Position numbers and translations under genes: made by a program. 64,000 nucleotides of DNA. It comes from Candidatus Omnitrophota bacterium (GTDB lineage Bacteria > Omnitrophota > Gorgyraeia > Gygaellales > JBFMHM01). Below the pieces are notes generated by a model. The model did not search any database. It worked only from the letters and a program-made list of their open reading frames with translations, and was not told where the DNA came from. The stretch lies in contig JBFMHM010000007.1 of the NCBI GenBank assembly GCA_040753015.1, positions 2,076 to 66,075 on the forward strand, in the 5' to 3' direction. Shown piece by piece: positions 57,196-64,000 of the stretch (position 1 is its first letter; each line of letters begins with the position of its first letter).

Positions 57196-57941
57196 TTTCC
57201 TGCTAATGTTTTTACTGCTGCCAGCGATACTTTCACTATAGAGCTCTCAGCATCATAATATTTTGGGTTAATGAAACCAAGCTCGCCAGTAATTAAGTTA
57301 TCACTTACAGCTAAGATGCATCCTGCCCTAACCTGGTTTAACTTTGCAATTGTAAGCATTGTACTTGAAACCATATCTACCGCAATTGCCCCTTTTACAC
57401 GTTTCTCTTCAACAAGTTCTCTTGTTTCGCGAAGCAATGCATCAGTCACCCACACAGTGCCTAAATGATATTTTACACCTAAACTTTCACAAGCTTTAAC
57501 TAAAGCGCCTGTCACATTTTTATCTGCTTCTGATTTAAAATCTTCCTTAACATAATAAGGAGTTACTCCATCCCCCCTAATTACATCTTTTACAATTACT
57601 ACATCGCCAACCTGTATTTTTTCATCCATTGCACCGCAAGAACCGGCCCTTATAATATTTTTAGTACCTGCAGCACAAAGAATTTCTGCACAAATTGCCG
57701 AATCAGCAGAATACCTGCCGCCGTTTCCCGTAGTAATTTTTATTCCCTCATATTCACCGTTATACATTGTGTAATCAAAAAATGAAAACTTTTTTACTGT
57801 ATTAGTTAGATTTTTTAATACTGCTTGTGAACGCTCTACAGTGCCAGGAATAATTGCATATTCTGCTAAATCTCCCGGGCGTAAATTTAACATATAAAGC
57901 ATTTCTTTTGCTGACATATGAACATCTTTCTGCATCTGCAT
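57192..57941 (-). CDS. nucleoside phosphorylase (PNP/UDP family)
   Basis: IIPG...R, IIRAGSCG, RGDG, DALLRE, VDM, AVSDN. Confidence 0.88.
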   Translation of the reverse strand: MQMQKDVHMSAKEMLYMLNLRPGDLAEYAIIPGTVERSQAVLKNLTNTVKKFSFFDYTMYNGEYEGIKITTGNGGRYSADSAICAEILCAAGTKNIIRAGSCGAMDEKIQVGDVVIVKDVIRGDGVTPYYVKEDFKSEADKNVTGALVKACESLGVKYHLGTVWVTDALLRETRELVEEKRVKGAIAVDMVSSTMLTIAKLNQVRAGCILAVSDNLITGELGFINPKYYDAESSIVKVSLAAVKTLAGK

Positions 57942-57956
57942 ATCTTTTCTCCTTTT

Positions 57957-58677
57957 CTATTTCAATTCTTCCTGTATTGGTAATTTTAATGCACTTGCAT
58001 CAGGAATTTTCCCAGATAAGTACTTAGGTAATTTTTTAGTAAGATAATATTCAGCGATACCTACTGGTTTTTTAACACTACGCAATGCGTACTCTACAAC
58101 GATATCATCTTTATCTGCACATAAAATAATACCTATTGACGGATTCTCATCTTTTAACTTTATTTGCTCATCTAAAAGTTGCAAATAAAAATCCATTTTA
58201 GCAGCATATTCTGGTTCAAATTTACCCGTTTTAAGTTCAATCGCCACAAGAGACTTTAATTCACGATTAAAAAATAAAAGGTCTATGAGAATATTTAATA
58301 TAGAATTCACGCTCTCTATCATTAGCTATTTTTTCCATAATTAAGAGATTATGCCCCCATGGTATTTCTGCAACAAGTTGTTGCAGAAATGGTTTATTTT
58401 TATATTCTTCGTAGAATCTCCGCATATTCCAAACATTTCTTTCCGAAAACCCATAAGTTTGTGGAAATACCTTTTTCAAATCGCGGGCAAGCAATACAAT
58501 AACATTATCACCCCATTTATATTTTTGCTGACGTTCGAAAATACTTTTACCAATATCCCAATAAAGTTTTATAAGCTCTTTATTAACCGTCTTTATTGCC
58601 CGAATGCGTGAAGCAACAATACGCGATTTAATCTCACTCAAAAATTTAATATATTCTTTATTAACAATACTACTCAT
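57957..58677 (-). pseudogene. YhcG/DUF1016 PD-(D/E)XK gene with internal deletion and frameshift
   Basis: N-domain (LYWDIG...WG...GFSERN...IPWGHN...REFY) joins the C-domain IDLLFF...IELK...SIGIILC out of frame near 58290; middle segment absent. Confidence 0.8.
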
Positions 58678-58689
58678 ATTACAGCTTTT

Positions 58690-60189
58690 TTATCCCTTTA
58701 ATGCTTTTTTATCTATCTTATCTGTTCTTGTTTTGGGTAACCTATCACGAATTTCTATATAATGCGGTACTTTAAAATTTGCTAAATGTGAACGGCAAAA
58801 ATGCCTGATATCATCTTCGGATAGTTTTACGCCTTCCTTAAAACTTACAACCGCTTTAACTACCTCGCCTCGTAACTTATCCTCTACGCCAATTACTGCC
58901 ACCTCATTAATCTCGGGAATTTTGTGGATTACATTCTCAACTTCTGTAGCATAAACAATCTCCCCTCCTACCTTAATCATTTCTTTAATTCGGCCCATAA
59001 TATAGAGGTAGCCATCTTCATCAATTTTACCTAAGTCTCCGGTATGAAACCAACCGTTACGCATTACACGTGCAGTTTCTTCCTCGTCTTTGTAGTAGCC
59101 AACCATCACCGCCCAGCTTCTCATTGTAATTTCGCCAACTTCACCACACGACAATTCCTTATCATCTTCATCAACAATTTTTAATTCCACCCAAGGAGCA
59201 GGTAAACCAACAGAGCGAACTTTCGGGCTGCCCATTGGTATTACTGTGTTTGGCGGTGAGGTTTCGGTCATTCCCCAACCATGTAATAATTTTGCCTTTG
59301 GGCAATATTGCATAAACCTCTGTAAAACTTCTGGAGAGCTAGGAGCACCAAAAACATTTACCCAGCGAATACTAGATAAATCATATTTTTCGAATTCTTT
59401 CAACTGTAAAAGTGCAATATACATCGAGGGAACAAGATGAAAGCAGGTAACTTTGTAAGTTTCGATATTGCGTAAAAATTCAATTGGGCTAAAACGGTCC
59501 ATTACAATTAAAGTAATGCCATAATAAATGCAATTTTGCAAATAAACCAAACCGCCAAAATGTGTCAACGGCAATGCGCAAAGCTTAACATCTTTGTCAG
59601 ATAAATCTACAAAATAATCCATTGCTTGAGGCGAACCATCAAGATGCCTATAATTTAAAAGCACACCTTTGGGCCGTCCGGTTGTGCCAGAAGTATAGAA
59701 AATTAAAGCATTATCTGTTTCTTCTACTTTAACATTCGGTTCTTTAATCTCACCACGGCTTAAAAAATCTGAGAATAAATAAAATCCATTATGTTTTTCT
59801 TCATAAGAAACAATTACGTCTTTAAGGGTAGGAATTCTCTCCTTAAGGCTCAACACCGTTACACCGTCTTTTGGCCGAATAATTAAAAGTTTTGCCTCGG
59901 AGTGCGTAATACAAGAAACTAATTCTTCTTCTTTGAGCATATAATCAAGAGGAACAACTACCGCACCTAAACAAAAAAGGGCTAAGTAACTATAAATACA
60001 CTCTAGAGAATTAGGCATAAATAAAGCGACTTTGTCGCCTTTCTGAATACCAATTTCTTGCAGACTATGGCAAAATTTGTAAACTTGCTCTAAAAGTTCG
60101 CCAAAAGTAACGGTTTTTTCTTTAAATACTAACGCGGGTTTGTTTGGATACTTTTTTGCTTTATCCTTAAGTATTTCTTTAACTTGCAT
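58690..60189 (-). CDS. AMP-forming acyl-CoA ligase
   Basis: YTSGTTGRPKG, WGMTET, WFHTGDLG, GR.KEMI, KIDK. Confidence 0.93.
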   Translation of the reverse strand: MQVKEILKDKAKKYPNKPALVFKEKTVTFGELLEQVYKFCHSLQEIGIQKGDKVALFMPNSLECIYSYLALFCLGAVVVPLDYMLKEEELVSCITHSEAKLLIIRPKDGVTVLSLKERIPTLKDVIVSYEEKHNGFYLFSDFLSRGEIKEPNVKVEETDNALIFYTSGTTGRPKGVLLNYRHLDGSPQAMDYFVDLSDKDVKLCALPLTHFGGLVYLQNCIYYGITLIVMDRFSPIEFLRNIETYKVTCFHLVPSMYIALLQLKEFEKYDLSSIRWVNVFGAPSSPEVLQRFMQYCPKAKLLHGWGMTETSPPNTVIPMGSPKVRSVGLPAPWVELKIVDEDDKELSCGEVGEITMRSWAVMVGYYKDEEETARVMRNGWFHTGDLGKIDEDGYLYIMGRIKEMIKVGGEIVYATEVENVIHKIPEINEVAVIGVEDKLRGEVVKAVVSFKEGVKLSEDDIRHFCRSHLANFKVPHYIEIRDRLPKTRTDKIDKKALKG

Positions 60190-60237
60190 AAATTCGCCTC
60201 CAAATATAGTAAAATTTTACTAATCTAATTTTTATAT

Positions 60238-60265
60238 ATTGTATATTATCCAGGAATTATGTCAA
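60238..60265 (-). promoter_or_regulatory. candidate promoter at the head of the PKS operon
   Basis: TTGACA-16bp-TACAAT; SD GGAGG before ATG 60189. Confidence 0.5.
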
Positions 60266-60305
60266 GAAAAATTTAGAAGATCTAAGAAAAGTGTTTTTTA
60301 TTTAG

Positions 60306-60722
60306 CTAAATATCAATAATATTTTTTTTAATAAATTTCTCAATTGCTTTTACGGTTTCATCTTTTAATTGTGGTGGGCTTTGAGCAATCCAAACAGTAA
60401 AGTTATATAGTCCTTGAACATCTACTTCTATCCATTTTTTATTTCTATATAAGAGAACTAATAAACTAGTCAAAGCAATCCTTTTATTGCCGTTCCGGAA
60501 AGGATGATTCTTAATCATCAGATAAAAGAATATACTTGCCTTGGAGATCAAGCTAGGATACAGAGATTTACCACCAAAACTTTGGAAAGGTACGGCTAAA
60601 CAGCTCTCTAGGATATTTACAAAACGTGTAGAAAAATCCGGAATTGGTTCGTTGAAAGAAAGCATGTCTTGCGCCATCTCAAAAGCAATGAATTCTATTT
60701 CTTTAACATTAATTTGCTTCAT
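60306..60722 (-). CDS. Doc/Fic family toxin
   Basis: LES...P.Q.FGG..LYP, HPFRNGNKRIA. Confidence 0.9.
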   Translation of the reverse strand: MKQINVKEIEFIAFEMAQDMLSFNEPIPDFSTRFVNILESCLAVPFQSFGGKSLYPSLISKASIFFYLMIKNHPFRNGNKRIALTSLLVLLYRNKKWIEVDVQGLYNFTVWIAQSPPQLKDETVKAIEKFIKKNIIDI

Positions 60723-60979
60723 TCTTTTCCTAAAAGCCTAAGAACTTCACCATAATCTTTGATTACCTTCTTAACCGCGTTCTCAATTTCTGTTTTGTCT
60801 TCTTCTTTTAACTCTTGGCTAAATATAGCCGTAAGCTCCTTTTTAGAAACAGCATAGTTTCTACCAATTCTTATTGCTTTTATTTTTCCAGCCTTAACTT
60901 TTTTAAAAACAGCTACTCTTGTAATTCCCAAAATTTTTGCAAGCATCGGTAATGTTATATACTCATTTTTCTCTTCCAT
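60719..60979 (-). CDS. excisionase-like HTH protein, probable antitoxin
   Basis: LAKILGITRVAV...K.GKIKA.RIGR.Y; overlaps the doc start (ATGA). Confidence 0.75.
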   Translation of the reverse strand: MEEKNEYITLPMLAKILGITRVAVFKKVKAGKIKAIRIGRNYAVSKKELTAIFSQELKEEDKTEIENAVKKVIKDYGEVLRLLGKE

Positions 60980-61087
60980 ATATTTTCCTCTGTTAACTAA
61001 TATTAATACGATTAACCTACGTTAACTTATATATCAAAGATTAACATAATCTTGCCAAAAAATCAAGTTTATTTATATTATAGCGTA

Positions 61088-64000
61088 TTAGAAGGAAAGT
61101 GTCGTAAGGTCTATACCGCCGTTTTCGGCAACTTCTCTGGCTACTTCAGAATTTACGGCTATTAATTGTCCATGATAAACAACGGTGGATATCTTCTTAC
61201 CTAAACCTGTTTGATCTAAAGCAAGGTTTAAGTTTGCCTGCGTTGCTTCATTTGAAACAATTACGCTTCGTAAGCCAACATTTTCATCTAGCTCGCCATT
61301 TAAAGCTGCAACTATCTCTTGCTCATTAGCGCCATCAAATAATGGTATCTCTTTGCCTTGAAATATAAATTCTCTTACAACCCTAAATTCTCTACCAGCC
61401 ATTTCAAACCCAGGTAATGTCGAAACGGCTAATCTTTCTAGCGGAATAACTAATTCGATAGTTGTGCCCCTTGTTAATCTATTGCCTAACAAAATATCTA
61501 TATTACTATTTCTTTCTCCAACTTTTTCTAATTTATTCGACGGAGAACCATCAATACAACTACTGTCTATAATAATCGCACCGTTATAATCACGTAAAAC
61601 CTTCGTCTGTATAAAGAATAAAAAACCAAGTCCGCGCCTTCCCATAAGGCCATCATCAAGACGCCCTCTTTTACCATGGCCTAACCAGCCTAATCTATGC
61701 ATCTCTGCAATATTATCTAGATTTTCTGCAAGTAGAAACAAATCGTCTAACTCTATACCACATCCATCATCACTAACTTCAATAATAAGATCTTTGCCTC
61801 TTATGTACAATTTAACTTTAATTATACTGGATGTTTTCTTTTTTAGCTTAAGATTTACTTCTCTGCTAGCATCGTATGCATTTGCAATAAGCTCTCTAAC
61901 AATTTTCTCAATATCATTTCTCTGATTATTACTAAACATTGTTAACTTTTCTTTTAAAACATTTATTTTAAAATATTTATCTATAAAATTTTCTCCAACA
62001 CTATCGCCGTCAAAAGTTACGATCTCACCTTCATCACCAAATATATAATCTTTATATACATCTCCACCTATATATAATCTTTGATCACTATCAAATCTTA
62101 CTTCAACAACATCTTCAAATATTAGTATTTCTTCTTTAGGAATTTCTTTTCTGGTGATTCGCATATTCCCCTCAGCATGTGCAATAATAGAGCCGGGAAT
62201 CCTCTCAAGCCGAGCTTGCTGTAATTTACGTCTATATTCAATAGCTAATCTAATAACTACCCCTAAAACTTCCCTATAATCACCAGCCATATGTAGACCA
62301 TCTAAATCAGTGCGTGAGCCTGCACCAATTTCATTTAATGCGGCGATAAGTTGATCGAAAGATTCACTATAATGTTCATCGGCGGTGAGGATTCCAACCA
62401 CTGCCTTTGCGCGGTCTTGCGCTGAAGTATTTGCTAATCCTGGGCTATTAAGCCTATCTATAATTTTTTGCTTTAACCCAGCTGTAAATTCTGGCGCAGA
62501 CATTTGATGCTCAAGAAACAAACTATTATCTTCTATCCTAAAATGTTCTTCGGCAAGGCTAGGCTCATCAGCAATACCATAGGTTTTAAACCATTCCTCT
62601 TCTTTATCTCGATAAAGTTTTTTTATTGCTGCTGAATCATCCGCTTCAAGCTCAGCACGTAAATTTGCAAGTGCCTCGTTTAATTCTATATGGTTTATTA
62701 TTAATGGTAATTTACCCCTCTTCTCTAAAATGCGCCTTCTTACTTCATGCTCGACCTCATGATAAATTACAAATTTTTTACGCGCCACTCCCTCAGTGGT
62801 ATTATCATAATATCCGTCATCAAAAACAATCACATCATCGTTATAATGATAAGAAATTCCTGCGAGTTTTTTTATACCATTTGGGGCCGCTTCTCGATTA
62901 ACTATATCTACAGAATAAACTTCTACTGTGCCTTGGCTAGTACCTACATCTAATACAGAATTAATTTTACAGATTATTATCTTTGACGTTTCTTTATCTG
63001 GCAGAACTATATAATTATGTTTTTTTAGGATAGAATTAAGAGCATCCAGCGTGCGAGGGAATCTTCCAACGAAAACAATATTATCAGCACTAAATTCTTT
63101 TTCAAAATTATCTAACAGCCGCTTTAATTCATTAAGTTTTTTATCATGGGTAATTGAAAGAGTAAAAACTCTATCGATTTCCCTGCACAGTAAACGCACT
63201 GTCCTTCTAAGGATTAATTCTGAAATATAGATTGTAAAATTAAGCAAATATTGTTCTAATAGAAGAATGGGCCCTGTCAATGAAGGCATAATACTTGCTT
63301 GGGCTAACTGGCTTAGGCGCTCACTTTCCATACCTATAGCATGATTTATTTCGTGTGAGTAGAGTTCTTTGCGGTCAGATAAACTTAGTTGGCTTAATGC
63401 CGAAAGATTTGCATGTAATGTGTTGCCTTGAACAAACATTATGTTATTAGCGTATTGTGTGTCTTCAACTGTAATATGCGTAATACCGTGCTGCGCTAAG
63501 TATGCCTCAATTTCGGCTTTAATTCCAGGCCCTTTTTGATCCCTAACTTGCCCTACATAAATAAACTTTTGATCCGGAGGATCAACATATATTAAAGCAT
63601 GTATTTCATCTATAAGGCTTTGGTCTGTAATTGGCCCGTCCACCAATAGATCAAAATGTTTTTTCATTAAGTGAGGAATAACCTTAAAATTTTTTCTTTC
63701 ATGCTCTTCTAATGCAACAGCAACTACCCTCATTCCAGAACAATGCTTCTCTAGCTCTAAAACAAGTTTACCGAAAGCCTCTGAAGAAATACCCTGGCTT
63801 TCTAAAAAATTGGTACTCTGCCTTTGACCTATAGACCCAAGATCTAACTGAACCAACCTCTGAGATGAAAATATTTTAAATTTTAAAATAAACTGAAACT
63901 CATTAAGCCTTACATTTCCAGTTACCACTGAAAGAAAGCGTTCTGTATTTTTTAGATGAGCTACTTTATCTACAATAACTGTATAGACATCGCGACCATT
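61088..64000 (-). CDS. 3' part of a second large modular protein (HExxH modules, GHKL ATPase, GGIDL end)
   Basis: Frame open to window edge; YSHEINH, IYHEVEH, RELIANAYDA...DDGCG...GLG...GT, terminal NGGIDLTTLSF. Confidence 0.85.
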   Translation of the reverse strand, partial: NGRDVYTVIVDKVAHLKNTERFLSVVTGNVRLNEFQFILKFKIFSSQRLVQLDLGSIGQRQSTNFLESQGISSEAFGKLVLELEKHCSGMRVVAVALEEHERKNFKVIPHLMKKHFDLLVDGPITDQSLIDEIHALIYVDPPDQKFIYVGQVRDQKGPGIKAEIEAYLAQHGITHITVEDTQYANNIMFVQGNTLHANLSALSQLSLSDRKELYSHEINHAIGMESERLSQLAQASIMPSLTGPILLLEQYLLNFTIYISELILRRTVRLLCREIDRVFTLSITHDKKLNELKRLLDNFEKEFSADNIVFVGRFPRTLDALNSILKKHNYIVLPDKETSKIIICKINSVLDVGTSQGTVEVYSVDIVNREAAPNGIKKLAGISYHYNDDVIVFDDGYYDNTTEGVARKKFVIYHEVEHEVRRRILEKRGKLPLIINHIELNEALANLRAELEADDSAAIKKLYRDKEEEWFKTYGIADEPSLAEEHFRIEDNSLFLEHQMSAPEFTAGLKQKIIDRLNSPGLANTSAQDRAKAVVGILTADEHYSESFDQLIAALNEIGAGSRTDLDGLHMAGDYREVLGVVIRLAIEYRRKLQQARLERIPGSIIAHAEGNMRITRKEIPKEEILIFEDVVEVRFDSDQRLYIGGDVYKDYIFGDEGEIVTFDGDSVGENFIDKYFKINVLKEKLTMFSNNQRNDIEKIVRELIANAYDASREVNLKLKKKTSSIIKVKLYIRGKDLIIEVSDDGCGIELDDLFLLAENLDNIAEMHRLGWLGHGKRGRLDDGLMGRRGLGFLFFIQTKVLRDYNGAIIIDSSCIDGSPSNKLEKVGERNSNIDILLGNRLTRGTTIELVIPLERLAVSTLPGFEMAGREFRVVREFIFQGKEIPLFDGANEQEIVAALNGELDENVGLRSVIVSNEATQANLNLALDQTGLGKKISTVVYHGQLIAVNSEVAREVAENGGIDLTTLSF

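Overview
Low-GC diderm bacterial chromosome segment, almost all genes on the minus strand. The signal-peptide giant genes and gene content suggest Ca. Omnitrophota (inference). (1) 1-11 kb: housekeeping run lnt-secA-prfB (programmed +1 frameshift)-pilT/U-uvrC-murJ-rpsT-holA-lptE-bamD. (2) 11.1-25.6 kb: accessory island with a Fic gene, an ~11.4-kb modular giant-protein locus split at an A8 run, an AAA ATPase, and an orphan copy of the giant protein's GGIDL C-terminus. The giant protein has two JAB/JAMM domains, zincin-like modules, helical repeats, NPAAG-bounded cassettes, RAPP motifs and an attenuator-like leader. (3) comEC-comEA-leuS, tRNA-Ala, tRNA-Leu, GDSL esterase, rlmN. (4) 31.7-60.2 kb: co-oriented biosynthetic cluster with a type II PKS (KS, CLF, ACP, two cyclases), CoA ligase, two cobalamin-dependent radical SAM enzymes, a 5'-deoxyadenosine/MTA salvage-like trio plus ALDH, an amidohydrolase, and an XDH-family molybdoenzyme with Moco genes. 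It is interrupted by passenger genes, including a DUF3800 gene facing a promoter-driven structured ncRNA candidate. (5) HTH-Doc pair and the 3' end of a second giant gene also ending in GGIDL. Short palindromes and heptamer repeats sit in frame inside secA, uvrC and leuS.
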